DNA of 43,531 nt from Saprolegnia diclina VS20 (GCF_000281045.1 NW_008246107.1:341221-384751), one strand, 5' to 3'; positions 1 through 11,495 are shown, counted from the stretch's first letter. Numbers and translations: made by a program. Notes: generated by a model from the letters alone, not told the origin.

Positions 1-440
1 GGGCGACGTCCGCTATGCCCAACGACGCCCACAACCTGGTGCGCAACCAAGACGATGCACGTTGTTCTTTACTTCAAGACCATAGATAAGGCAGCGGACC
101 TGTTGAGAGGATCTCAAGAGGAGGTACGCTGGCGCAAGGACCGCCATGTCCTCGGACCTAGCTCTCGAACCTCAGACTGTCGGGCGCCACGCAATAAAAA
201 CGAATCAAATTATGGAGGTACATGCATTTCGGCCTCCGGAATGCCTCCGGAAAGCAAACGCTTTTCATTGGCTATAAATCAAGCAATTTTTAGCGCCATG
301 GACCTGCTCCATTGCCATTGGCTTTTCCATTTTTTCAACTTTGAAACCCCCTATTGTAATAGCAGTCCTGCAGAAGCCAACTGGGATGTCTTGGTGCGGG
401 ACGTTCTCTGGCCAGATTATTGCTTGAACACTCGCATCGT

Positions 441-454
441 TTGATTGGCTAAAA
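441..454. promoter_or_regulatory. Oomycete-type CCAAT box (TTGATTGGCTAAAA)
   Basis: Close match to the extended oomycete CCAAT motif (TGATTGGCTGAAA-like). The target gene is unclear. Confidence 0.5.
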
Positions 455-1075
455 ATTATTGTGGCAAGTTGCGACCGTTTAAGCCGTGCAGGTTTAACCT
501 GCGTTAAACGCAAAACGAGTGGCAGTGGTCATGACCCATGTTGTGGCGCACTGGCCATTTCCCTGACAAGAGCTTTCAACCCAAGACACCTTGACCAACT
601 ACGGTACGAGGCGACCATTCATGCATACATGCTCCAGAGGAAGAAGCCCAAAATATAGCTCGACGTTCCGACCAGTGTTCCGACGGTGCTCCTGGTCTTG
701 GTTGGGACCATCTGCCTCTGTGGACGCCGCCATCGTGCCATTGCCGTCCGCGCCAGCAGGTCGGACCGCGTAACAGACAACCAGCAACAACCATTCCTGC
801 AGCCTCTCAAACAGCACTTGGGATCCCGAGTAGCCACGTACAGATCTTGACGCGGCCACAGGACAGCCCAGAGAAAGGCGTGGACCTGCTGGTTCTATCG
901 TACCGTGCTTCTGCTAGAAGCCACCACCATCAACCATGCATGAGCCGCGAGTAACCGGCCTGCTGGCGTGCGCAGACATCCACTCGTATCTGGGTCGCAG
1001 CCGCCGTCGGACAAGGTGCATACAAACTTCAAGATCGATTTTCCGACGGCGGCGCTCGCGGCTTCTTGCCAGTTG

Positions 1076-1090
1076 GCCATTCTGCGATTT
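1076..1090 (+). promoter_or_regulatory. Inr+FPR-like core promoter of the ZIP gene
   Basis: GCCATTCTGCGATTT lies 6 nt before ATG 1096 and resembles the oomycete YCATTYY-N-WTTY element. Confidence 0.5.
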
Positions 1091-1095
1091 CGCTC

Positions 1096-1971
1096 ATGGT
1101 CGCACTCGGTGTCTTCAAGCTTACGTCGTCGGCGATCATCTTTGGCCTCGCGCTCGGCGGCGGCCTCTTCCCTCTCTACTGCGTGCGGCCCAACAGTGCC
1201 GTCCACAGCATCCTCAACATGGCGGCCGGCGGCATCTTCCTCGCCGGCTCCTTTGTGCATTTGCTGCCGGACGCGCTCGAGAACGCGCCGCTCGCTGCCC
1301 TCGGATGTCCCTCGACCGCGACCGTGTGCTTTCCGTTTGCATGCTTCTTCTACGGCCTCGGCTTTGCACTCATCTTGCTCGTCGAGGGGGTGGCGCATGC
1401 GGCGAAGGACAGATTTCTGCCGCACTCGCCGGTCTCGGCGTCCGAACTGCTCCCGCTGCACGTCAAGACGCACACGGACCACGACGACGACGTGACGCAC
1501 GCGCACAGCCACAACATCCTCGACACGCCCGACACGACGGCGGCCTCGCTCGCGATCTTTGTCGCCTTGTCCTTTCACTCGCTCATGGAGGGCATTGGCA
1601 TCGGCGCGGCGCCCGAGTCGGCGTGGAACCTCCTCCTCGCGATCGTCGCGCACAAGTCGCTCGCGGCCATGGCGCTGACGCTGGAGCTGCAGCACCACAA
1701 CGTGTCGGCTGCCAAGATCGTGCTGAGTCTCGCGATCTTTGGGGCCATGTCGCCAATCGGGATTGGCCTCGGGTATGTGCTCGCGGGGGCCAACCCGGCC
1801 GAGTCGCTCGCGAGCGGTATTTGCACGGCGCTGGCCGGCGGCACCTTTTTGTATGTGGGGGCGATGGAGGTCCTGCCCCAAGAACTCCGCAACAGAGAGC
1901 AGTTGGGCCTCAAGCTCACGGCTTTCTTTATCGCATTTGGGCTCTTTGCCGCGCTCGCGCTCTGGGTCTAG
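1096..1971 (+). CDS. ZIP (ZRT/IRT-like) zinc/iron permease
   Basis: Intronless with about 8 hydrophobic helices. His-rich loop HTDHDDDVTHAHSH, TM4 signature ALSFHSLMEGIGIG, TM5 AIVAHK, and GTFLYV..EVLP. ATG 1096 is preferred over the non-ATG ORF start at 1066. Confidence 0.93.
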   Translation: MVALGVFKLTSSAIIFGLALGGGLFPLYCVRPNSAVHSILNMAAGGIFLAGSFVHLLPDALENAPLAALGCPSTATVCFPFACFFYGLGFALILLVEGVAHAAKDRFLPHSPVSASELLPLHVKTHTDHDDDVTHAHSHNILDTPDTTAASLAIFVALSFHSLMEGIGIGAAPESAWNLLLAIVAHKSLAAMALTLELQHHNVSAAKIVLSLAIFGAMSPIGIGLGYVLAGANPAESLASGICTALAGGTFLYVGAMEVLPQELRNREQLGLKLTAFFIAFGLFAALALWV

Positions 1972-3355
1972 TGACGTTCGCTCGTATTTCAATTTTCTAT
2001 TCCCCACACTTATTATCTAACACGTTGGCATCAATTATATCCTATCGTATATCTTTCGGTCTTGTCACTGTGTCGTTCGCTGGCTTGGTCTACAAGATAC
2101 TGGTCCGACGTTCGCACATGAAAAGACTAGTTGGTTTCGTTGGCTAAAGCTAGGCTTCTTCGCCAACGACACGGAGGGGGCCGATGCTCGCAGTCTCGAA
2201 AGCGACCCTCGCTGTGGAGCTGGAGGCTTCTTGCGCCGTCATGTTAATGTCGCCCATGGTAGCCCATACGCAAGTATCGAGATGGATGCACGCTGTCTAG
2301 CCGTGGCCGTGGTGCGACCGGCGCTTCAACATGCGGAAGCTGATCGTGTTCTTATTTGCATCTAACGTGTACCTCGAGAGAAGCCCACGGCCCAATGCAA
2401 CATAATGGCGACTCTCGATACCAAAAAGCAGACCTCCTAGCTTGATACCCTTTCGGAAAATCAGCAAATGAGGGTGGCCAAATGCAGCGTTGGACCATTT
2501 TTCTTCCAATGCGGGCCCTGCGCGAATGAACCATTGCCGTCGATGGGCGCAGGTGACAGCCCCCGACCAGGCCAAAGCAACGACGCAGCTCCACGAAGAG
2601 CTCCGGCGCCGCGCAAGATGATCTTCAGAGACTCTGTCAGCAACTTGCTGCCTCCGAGAGCGCTCCACAAGCCGTGGGGACCGCTCGTGCGGAAGCACAC
2701 CTCGTACGTTTTTACGTCCAGCCGACGAGCGTCCCAGCGCCGATGCATTCCAATACTGGCGTCGGGAGTAGTGCCACTTTGCACAATCACCGGCCAGCTC
2801 CTACTGCGCCCAACCTACCCTCTTCAAAGTTGACAGGCAATCCGCGTACCCAGGCCTCGGCGCCGGTCATCTCTGCGACTTAGAGCGCCATGGAGTGCGA
2901 CGTTGTGGTCAACCACTCGGTCTGGACCGACGAGCACCGGTACCGTCCGTGTGGGTCAAGAGAAAGCGACTGGATCGCCTGCAAGAGCACCTTTGATCTC
3001 GTCGACCAGCTCCAGCTTCAGTGCGACACGGTACGATGAACTCATACGAGAGCCCAAGCGGTACCGTGTGACGTGGAGCGAACGCATGCAGTGTGTCGTA
3101 CAGCCTGAACACGGATCCCCAGCAGATGCAGCTCGCACGAAGGGATGCGATCAACCAGCGCTTGTCAAACAAGAGCAAAAATTGTCTGCGTCTGCTGCTG
3201 ACTTGATGCGGTGTATCCTCCAAAACACCTTGGTGCGTCGACGTCTCTCCAGGGTCGAATACCGTGCGTCGGCTCGGTACATATATGGGTGCAAGGGAAT
3301 GGTCATTGCAAGGTGGAGTGTTCAACACATAGCATTACTTATTCGCACTCTTGGC

Positions 3356-4552
3356 TTAAAACATCCAGCCGCGGACAAGCGCCTCCAAGATGGAGAGGAT
3401 CTTGCTCTTCTTGTGGGGCTCCGTCGTGTTGCCCGTCGCGTTGGCGGCGACCGAGGCTGTAACGACCGGGACCGTCGTGGCATCAACGACCGTCGTGGCC
3501 GGGGCGGCCGTCGTCGCCACCGTCGTCGTCGCAGCGACCGTCGTCGTGGCACCGGCCACCGGCGCGAGCGTCGCCGTCGCGTTCGTCTTGGGCAGCGGCA
3601 TCTTGGTGACGAGGTTGACGCGGCGCGTGAAGTTCATGTTGGCGAAGACGGGCTTGAGCGTGTTGTTGAGGAAGTACAGGCCGAAGTAGTTTTCGACTTC
3701 AGCCGTCGTGTTGTCGCCCTCGAGGTGGCGCCACGGCGTGTCGTACGACGTGTACCAGTAGTAGTCCCACTGCACGTCCTTGGCGAGGAAGTAAAAGTCG
3801 TTGAGCCACGTCGCCCCCGTCGACGGCGTCGCGATCGACGCGCCGTTGGACGTGCCGTTGGTCGCCCACCCCGTCTCGGAAATCAAGATCTTCTTCTTGT
3901 ACTTTTGGGCCGAGAGCATGAGCGGGTACATGCGGTTGTACATCTTCTGCGCCGCCGTCTCGGCGACGGCGAGCTCCCAGAACGGGAACGAGTTGGCCGA
4001 GACGATGTCGACGGCCTTGACGAGCTGCGGGTACTGGATGTACGTGTCGGCAATGTCCGTGATCGTGATCGGAATGTACACGTCGGCGGCGTTCATGATG
4101 GAGCGGATCTCGTTCATGTCGGCGATGGCCGTCGAGACGTTGATGTCCTTGCGGTAGATGGCTTCGGACGCGACGTGGAGGCCGAGCGTCTGGTTGTTGA
4201 CGTTGCCGTTCTTGAGCTGCTTGACGAGCGACGCCTTCTCCTCCGCGTAGACCGTGTTGTTGGGGCCGACCCAGAGACCGACCCAGATGCTCATGCCGGC
4301 GCGGCGCACGGCGGGGATGACGAGGTCGGCCGTGTTGCAGTCCGTCATCGAGTAGATGCGGATGCGGTCCGTGATCTTGCGGAGCTGCACCATGTCGCGG
4401 TCGATCTCGGTCGCGTTCTTGCAGCGCTTCTTGAGCGAGAAGTAGTCGGGGCCCTTGCGGGGCGTGTAGTTGATACCGTACAGCTTCTGGTCGAGGGCCT
4501 CGACGGCCGTCGCCGCGAAGAGCACCGCGAAGAGGAGGGCAACCGTGCGCAT
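3356..4552 (-). CDS. Secreted GH17 beta-1,3-glucanase/glucanosyltransferase with Thr-rich tail
   Basis: Signal peptide MRTVALLFAVLFAATAVEA. GH17 motifs GINYTP, RIRIYS, VGLW, VASEA (acid/base), ANSFPFWE, ILISETGW (nucleophile) and ENYFGL. T/A/V-rich linker follows. Confidence 0.93.
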   Translation of the reverse strand: MRTVALLFAVLFAATAVEALDQKLYGINYTPRKGPDYFSLKKRCKNATEIDRDMVQLRKITDRIRIYSMTDCNTADLVIPAVRRAGMSIWVGLWVGPNNTVYAEEKASLVKQLKNGNVNNQTLGLHVASEAIYRKDINVSTAIADMNEIRSIMNAADVYIPITITDIADTYIQYPQLVKAVDIVSANSFPFWELAVAETAAQKMYNRMYPLMLSAQKYKKKILISETGWATNGTSNGASIATPSTGATWLNDFYFLAKDVQWDYYWYTSYDTPWRHLEGDNTTAEVENYFGLYFLNNTLKPVFANMNFTRRVNLVTKMPLPKTNATATLAPVAGATTTVAATTTVATTAAPATTVVDATTVPVVTASVAANATGNTTEPHKKSKILSILEALVRGWMF

Positions 4553-5989
4553 CTTGGAGCAAAAACAATTGTGAGTCGTTGGCGCCGCAGTCAGTACATA
4601 TCATCCCACCGTATACATTGGCCCAACCAAACGAGGGGCCGCCAGCCATTGCGGGCTGATCGAACCGAGCGCCAGCTGCGCGACGCCACCCCAAGCAATT
4701 GACCTCGCGCCAATCAGAGCCCACCCGAGGTGCGACATGCCGTCGGATCGGTGGCGATGACTTGGTCGTCGTATGCCCGACGGCCGAACCAGCCACAGCG
4801 ATGTGCACGGCGGGCGGTTGACACGGTTGCGACGGCGACGTTGGGAGCGCGTTCCGGGCCGGCGCTCGCCCGCCCCACGTGAGTTTGCCCTTTCACGACT
4901 TTGCACTTTGCTGACCGGGGCGCCGCTTGGGCGATTGGGCGCTCGGTGCTGCTCGAGGCGCCGCTACGAACGTAGCGACGACGGGCGGGGCGACGCCGCA
5001 GATATCACTCGACGTGCACTTTTTATTGGACGACAATGAAAGTTCCAAAGGTGATAGCAAGAATCCACCCCGCGGTGTCGGATTCCTTGCGCCGAGTCGC
5101 TGCAGCACGAAGCGAGGGCCGCCCAAGCTGCCGCAGTTTGTATGGGCCGCAGCAACAGCAGCGTGCGATACCTCCGACGCGCAGTCTCCAGACGACTTCT
5201 TCTCACATATACACGACTTCTACTGGTCGTCGGCCTCAACGAATCCGCGACCGAATCCTGAACAAGCCATTTTGCCCATCATCGATGAATCTCAGCGGCG
5301 TATGAGTACACAGTACTCATCGGGCAGTTGTTGGGGGTCGAGAAGAATGCATCTTCCGTCGCCGCGGACTGCCGCGGACAAGGTCCCTCATTTGGTTCTG
5401 CTTGTGGTTTCCTCACCTCGGAAGATTGGGCGGTCGTGGGACAGCCGGTTTGTTGACGAGCAGGAACGAACTCATCAGTGTCTCTGACTTTTGCCCGTCG
5501 GACCTTTCGCCTCGGCGGCAGTTCTTGGGTGCGCTGCCAGACGAGGTGCGCTGACGAGTCGGCCATTCGTATCTCTGTGTCAACATGGACCGCGTTGCCG
5601 TGTCTATGCACGGTCTTCATCATCATACCAGTGGACCTGAAACGGCCGCGAAACGCCTCCGACAGTAACCGCGCCGTCCCGTCTACCCCGGTACACGAGT
5701 CGGCGAGTCTCGAGGCTATCGAGGGCCACCACCTCAGTAGTCGTAGTGCACACTGCGTGAGAGCAGCTATCTCCAGCGAGGTTCCGATGGCCCGACTCTC
5801 ATCCGCCGCGTACCATCCATAGTATCGATGCGCCTTCGTTGTAGGACGCGCCGATGGCATGTCCCTGCTAATAATACGAGCCAAGAACGATTCTCTGAGC
5901 GGACTCCATCCTGCGTGTGCGATGCTGCGGAGGTCGGCTCACTTCGCTCCGCATGCGCTTGACGTGTATCCGGAGGCGCAATCGCCGCG

Positions 5990-6003
5990 CTGATTGGCCA
6001 AAA
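5990..6003. promoter_or_regulatory. CCAAT box upstream of the PPR-like gene
   Basis: CTGATTGGCCAAAA about 45 nt before ATG 6048. Confidence 0.55.
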
Positions 6004-6047
6004 AAGATGGAAATCCTGGCGCATCACGACTGGTTTGGACGATTGCG

Positions 6048-8318
6048 ATGATGCGAACCGCTGCTGCTCGGCTCGTCACGTCCGTGGCGGCGACGGCCCG
6101 CCCAGCCTCCGCCGCTGCGGCCCGCACCTTGAGCAGCGCCGCCGCCGGCAACGCTCCGTGGTACCGCGTCGAGATCTCGGGCTTCCTCTCGACGCTCAGC
6201 GAGACAACGGCGAATGATGCCGACTATGCGCGGCTCGCCGCCCTCCCGCAGCGCGACGACGTCATGGCCTATGAAGTTCAAGTGCTCAGCGACTCGGTGC
6301 AGCACCTGGGCACGTACCTGCCAGCCTCGCGCAAGAAGCAGATCGAGACCCTTTGGGCCAAGACGCTCGGCGTGCTCGACACGATTGACGACGCCGCCGC
6401 CAAGGCAGACGCGTACACGGCCGCGTTCCAGGCGCTTGCCGTCGCCAACGCGCCGAGCAAGTACATGGAGCACCTCCTCAAGCGCATGCAAGGCGAGCAC
6501 CTTACGGCGAACCCGACGATCCACATCGCGATGCTGCACGCCGCCCGCGACCGCAGCATCCTCCAGGTCCGTCCTTCCTCCCACCCGTCATACCCTCACT
6601 CCCGATGTTCAGGTGCTTCGCCGCGTCAAGGCCGCGCAGATGGGCGCGGTCCTCCTCGACGCCGAGGCCACGCCGCTGAGCCCGCGCGAGGTGCAGAACC
6701 TCCACTTCCGCGCGCACGCGTCGTTCGTCAAGTCGCTCTACGCCGAGTTTATGAGCTCGACGACCAAGACGTTTGCGCTCGAGTCGTACGCGGAGCTGCT
6801 CAAGGAGATTGCGGCGCTCTTGCCGCCACTCGACGACAAGCTCATGGAGCGCACCGTCCCGGACGAGTACATGGACAAGCTCGCGGCCGTCTCGGTGCGC
6901 GCGCTCGCGATGACGGGCCGCCACGCCGACGTGCTCACGCGGCTCGACGCACTCGAGGCGCAATACGCGGGGCGCAGCGCCAGCGTCCCGCAAGCCGTGT
7001 ACCTCGCTGCCATCGAGGGTCTCTCGGCCGCGTACCACAACCTCACCATGGTCTCGGAGCGCCAGCTCCGCACGCGCAACCAGGTATATCTACATTGTCT
7101 CGACTCGAACGAAGTTGTCATTTGGTCTGTAGACCGAAGACGTGCAGGCGGCGCCGAGCGTGCGGCGGCTGCAAAAGGTCCAAGCGGCGCTCGAGGCCAC
7201 GTTGTCGAGCAAGGTCGACAACATTGCGTCCGAGATGGCCGACCTGCCGTGGGCCGACGTCCAGGACCAAGTCGCCGACGCCGAGGCCGCCAAAGAATAC
7301 ATCCAGTACGCGCTTCGCACCTCACGAGTCTCGACTCGAATGCGTTCGTAGGTTTGTGCACCAGCGTGTGCGTGGCGCGAGCGTCCTCGAGAGCTTCCGC
7401 CTCCTGACGCAGGACGCGATGGCCGCTGGCGACGCGTTCGTCGGTGCTGTCGCCACCCGCTACGCCAAGAGCTACCCCGAGGCGTCGATCGCGCTCGAGA
7501 CTGCGATCCTCAAACAGTACTTTGTTGCTGCCTCACGCTACGAGCGCCGGCTCAAGCGCAGTGGTCTCTTTGCCGACGCGCTCGTCGCACGCGTCTTCTC
7601 CACGCTCGACGCCATCGCTGGCCGCCAATCGACGGTGCCTGAAGCCGACGTCGTCGACGCGCTGCACTACGCCTTCCGCGCCCTCGCGTTGCTCTACCGC
7701 CTCCCCGAGGCCCGCCGTGTCTTGGAGATGAAGAGCGCGTGGTTCCCGTACCTGCAGCCGACCGTGGCCGAGTACGACGACCTCATCATGCTTTTGTGCG
7801 CGACCAAGACGACGCGCATCGCGGAGCCTCTGGCGCTGCTTCAGGACATGCACAACCGCGGGCTCAAGCCGACGCCGCTGACGCTGCACCGCTTCGTGAC
7901 GTTCCGCATGCTCGCGCTCACCAAGGGCGACGACGAAGGTCACGTGGTCAACGAGAAGCAAGCGGCGCTCACCCGCCGCCTCCAGCGGTCGCTGGACGGT
8001 CATGACGACAGCGAGGGCGAGGACGACGACAGTGACGACGAAGACGACGACGAGGACGAGCCGGCCAAGCCGACATGGGATGACGTGAGCCTGAGCGACC
8101 AAGACAGCGTTGCGGACGTCATTACGTTTCTGCAAGACTGGCACAACATGACGGGCGTCGTGCCGTACGGCAAGACCGTGGTGCCGCTTCTCGAGTACTG
8201 CGCGGCCAAGCCGAGCCTCAAGTACGAGCTCTCGCGCTTCGTGCTCTGGCTGCAGACGCTTCCGCTCGATGCTGCGACCAAGACGCTTCTGCGTCCGCAT
8301 GAGAAGACCACCAAGTAG
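6048..8318 (+). CDS. Mitochondrion-targeted helical-repeat protein with PPR-like motifs (about 709 aa, 4 exons)
   Basis: Introns 6567-6612, 7084-7132 and 7306-7351 (all GT..AG) give one open frame. N-terminus is rich in Arg/Ala/Ser/Thr like a presequence (MMRTAAARLVTSVAATAR). PPR-like segments: MEHLLKRMQGEHLTANPTIHIAMLHAA, ARRVLEMK..LQPTVAEYDDLIMLLC, PLALLQDMHNRGLKPTPLTLHRFV. Confidence 0.7.
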   Translation: MMRTAAARLVTSVAATARPASAAAARTLSSAAAGNAPWYRVEISGFLSTLSETTANDADYARLAALPQRDDVMAYEVQVLSDSVQHLGTYLPASRKKQIETLWAKTLGVLDTIDDAAAKADAYTAAFQALAVANAPSKYMEHLLKRMQGEHLTANPTIHIAMLHAARDRSILQVRPSSHPSYPHSRCSGASPRQGRADGRGPPRRRGHAAEPARGAEPPLPRARVVRQVALRRVYELDDQDVCARVVRGAAQGDCGALAATRRQAHGAHRPGRVHGQARGRLGARARDDGPPRRRAHAARRTRGAIRGAQRQRPASRVPRCHRGSLGRVPQPHHGLGAPAPHAQPGISTLSRLERSCHLVCRPKTCRRRRACGGCKRSKRRSRPRCRARSTTLRPRWPTCRGPTSRTKSPTPRPPKNTSSTRFAPHESRLECVRRFVHQRVRGASVLESFRLLTQDAMAAGDAFVGAVATRYAKSYPEASIALETAILKQYFVAASRYERRLKRSGLFADALVARVFSTLDAIAGRQSTVPEADVVDALHYAFRALALLYRLPEARRVLEMKSAWFPYLQPTVAEYDDLIMLLCATKTTRIAEPLALLQDMHNRGLKPTPLTLHRFVTFRMLALTKGDDEGHVVNEKQAALTRRLQRSLDGHDDSEGEDDDSDDEDDDEDEPAKPTWDDVSLSDQDSVADVITFLQDWHNMTGVVPYGKTVVPLLEYCAAKPSLKYELSRFVLWLQTLPLDAATKTLLRPHEKTTK

Positions 8319-8992
8319 ACGCCCATACTATAGACCCCTCCTTCATAGAACCTTCTACATTGGGACTTGATTGAACTTTTTGCATCTAAGAACTCTGTTG
8401 GTGGTGCACGAGGAGAAAGGATCATCGACCGAGTCGACTCCCATCGAAGCCACCGTTTTTCCCCAATATCCAATATTGATATGCAGTGCAGTAGTCGACC
8501 ACCAAGTCGTCAGGCGACATTAGAATCTGGTGGACGACGGTGTCGATCTTCGGGCTCTCTGGCGATGCCCTGCACAGTGGGACGCGCGCGTGTGACGAGG
8601 GTGCGGTGTTCGGTCGGCTTGCGCATGGCAGCCAGTCGAGGACCACGTAGGCACGTGACCCTCGTGGCAGCCGGTTTGCAACGCACTCCAGCCGCGCGCT
8701 CAAGCTGTGACGTGGAGTAAACGGCGCCTTCGATACGCAGCAAGAAAGCTGGCTTGTCGCGGGCCTCGGATTCCGTCGGCGCCTTGGCCCGGGCTCTCTT
8801 GGGCTTTGTATGCGGCGGGGACCTTGGCCGCGCGCCAAATCCGGCAGTGGGACACCCGCGTTGAAGCCGTGACAGCGACGGGTTCAACATCCGCCATACA
8901 AACAGCAAGACGTTTGTACCCAATGCATACCAGCACGTATGCTCGGTTGCACAAACACTTTTTTTATTCCAGCCGACGCCAGTCATTTGACA

Positions 8993-9436
8993 ATGGCCCT
9001 CGAGCCGACCAAGTGCTCGTACGACGCCTGCGCGCGCTTCGCGAAGGAGAAGAACCTCTGCCTCACGCACCACCGGTGGATGCTGCAGTACCTCTCCAAC
9101 GCCTACATGAAAGACCACGCGGCGCCGACGGTCCTCGACCCCAAGATCCAGCGCATGAACCCCAACCGCAAATGCAAGGCCGACCAGTGCTGGTCCTACG
9201 CGCGCACGGGCGGCTACTGCACCATGCACGGCGGCGGCCGCAAGTGCAAAGTACGCAACTGCCACACGGCATCGCAAACCGGCGGCTACTGCCGCACCCA
9301 CGGCGGCGGCTCCAAATGCCGCGAGCCGCGCTGCGCCGACTTTGCGCGGCTCCGGGGCCTCTGCCTCCAGCACAACCTCGAGGCCGAGCGCGCCGGCCGC
9401 CTCCCGCCCGCGCCCGAGCTCGCCCAGACAGCGTAG
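8993..9436 (+). CDS. WRKY19-like Cys/His (C-x4-C...C-x2-HGGG) repeat protein, copy 1
   Basis: Repeats CKADQCWSYARTGGYCTMHGGG, CKVRNCHTASQTGGYCRTHGGG and CREPRCADFARLRGLCLQH, plus an N-terminal unit CSYDACARFAKEKNLCLTH. No WRKY domain is present. Confidence 0.88.
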   Translation: MALEPTKCSYDACARFAKEKNLCLTHHRWMLQYLSNAYMKDHAAPTVLDPKIQRMNPNRKCKADQCWSYARTGGYCTMHGGGRKCKVRNCHTASQTGGYCRTHGGGSKCREPRCADFARLRGLCLQHNLEAERAGRLPPAPELAQTA

Positions 9437-11495
9437 CAAGCATAGCCCTAGAGTATTTAACAAGCGCAGGTAGAGCGGTCGATTCAAAGTGTTCCGCATG
9501 CGACAGGCGGTGACCAACGCAGATTGGCCAATGAGAAGCGCGCTCGGAACGTGGCAGCGTGAAAAAGCAGCATGTGTGAAAAACACGTGAAAATCGCGCA
9601 TTAGCGGCTACTACTGCTACGTGATTGCGCAATGCGTCCTTCAAGGTACGACAAACTCAGAGCTAACTCAGAGGCGGCGACTTGCCGCCAATAGGAAGGA
9701 GAGTCGAAGGCACACGCCCACGGAGTAGCGAGGCGGCGATGTGTGGAGCGCGAGAAACTCGTCGCTAGTTGCACCCAAATCCACGTCAACTAAGACACGA
9801 TAAGCGACAAAGCAGAACGGTTCTTCAGCTCGGCGGGACGTCTTGGGTGATACCGAGGGTACAAAGGTCGACGACGTGTGTGTTCGTTTGGCACCCAATG
9901 ACGGCCCGCTAGCGATGAGTCCCAGTTGACAGTTGACCAGCGATCCTCGCCTGTGTACGTGTGAATGATACATGCGCGAGCTACAGACTGTAGCTCTATC
10001 CATGTCGACTCGACAATCGCTTCCCGGCGCAACGAAGCAATGACTACGCACGGGGCGTGTCCAAGAAGTGCAAGTGGTTTCCGCGCAAGTCCGAGCGAAC
10101 TGGACGACCAAGATCCAGGCGCAGAGCAAGCGAGCTCAAGCCATGGCCAAACTGGTAGTGTTAATCGAATAACTACCTTGCCTCGCCCACCCCTGGCACG
10201 ACGGCCACCAACACGGGTGGTGCCCCAAGTAGTGCGGTCTTGCTTGAGGATGGTAGACCTCCGAATGTGCTCGTGAGGCAGGCAGTTGCGTGGAGCGAGT
10301 GGTCTTGCTGCGGGATTGTGTGAAGCCCGTCGCTGCGCCGACCTCGGGTCACAAATCGTCCATTGCTCCTCGACGTTACGCGCTTGCGTTTTGGCGTTGT
10401 TGTTTTTGAAGGCGGCTACTATGGCGCGCTTGCACGACCAGTACTTGACTCGAATCGCTCGCCGCGACGAGCTTGTTTTGCGCGATACAAGCAGCTCCCC
10501 ATCCCATCCGATTGGATCCCAATCCGGCGTTTTGATTGGACAACGCACTGCGCGGGGTAGGCCTTTCCATGGCCCCAAAGTACTTGCAGCAAGCTCTATA
10601 CTCGCTTCTTGTCAACGGTGCAGCGCAAGTAGCGTCCATGCTTCGCTGTGCCACTTCTTCTAGACGCAAGAGACTCACAGTATGTGGAGCGACCGCACGA
10701 GGCGCCGAGCAGTGTCCCTACCGAGCGTGGTTGCCGGACGTGTAGAAGGCGTGCAGAGCGCTAGAAAATTGTGCTTGAGCGGCAACTGCAGACAGGCGTA
10801 TCGTCCGACCTCGTGTCCACTCTGGCGCCAGAGAAGTGCCCGAGAGCCGGACGCTTGCATGATGATAACCTCTCTCTTTTGATGTTCCATGCGATATGTA
10901 TACCATCACCGTCGTCTTCAACATCTCATTCGACGGCCATTGGATTTACGGTGCTAATGCGGCGTCTGCATCTGCGCATGGGTGCTGCGTCGAGACAGAC
11001 ATCCCCCACGCGACAGCAACGTCCGCTCAGACTCGGTGTACGTCGCATCGCTAGACACTCCTCGACGAGCCAAGGACACAGAGAATGAGCGAGGCGGTGC
11101 TAATAGCACAGTGTTGGAATCGTGGAATTGTAATACCGTGCAGGGGCTTTGTATGCGTGGGTGCATACAAAGAGTATGTTTATTTTTCTGTCGCGTGCAT
11201 GGCCGTACAGTGTAAATTTACAGTGGATAGGCCATGACGAGAGAAATATTTCGAGCTCGTGTCGCGCCCAGGTGGCTCGTGACGCGCCAAGCACCCTCTG
11301 CGGGCAAGCGCCCTCGGATGCTGCGTCTACCCAGAGCGAGCTGCGCACAATGTCGCGAACTGCACCGAGTGTGCAGCACGCAGTCATGCACGCTGCCTAT
11401 CACTGCGCTAACGTGAATGTAACAAGCGACACTGCCAAGTCTGTCGAGTACAAGTGCTAAATAAGAATCAAATTACAATAAAAACTAGGGTGCAT

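Noticed and set aside
2903..4702. 599-aa plus-strand ORF, and similar long antisense ORFs (895-2007, 13981-15213, 18904-20382, 35399-36727)
   Set aside because: Arg-rich shadow frames of real high-GC3 genes on the other strand or frame; they carry no domain motifs.
4927..5884. ORFs of 186 and 201 aa between GH17 and the PPR-like gene
   Set aside because: Non-ATG starts, weak codon bias and no motifs; treated as intergenic or decayed sequence.
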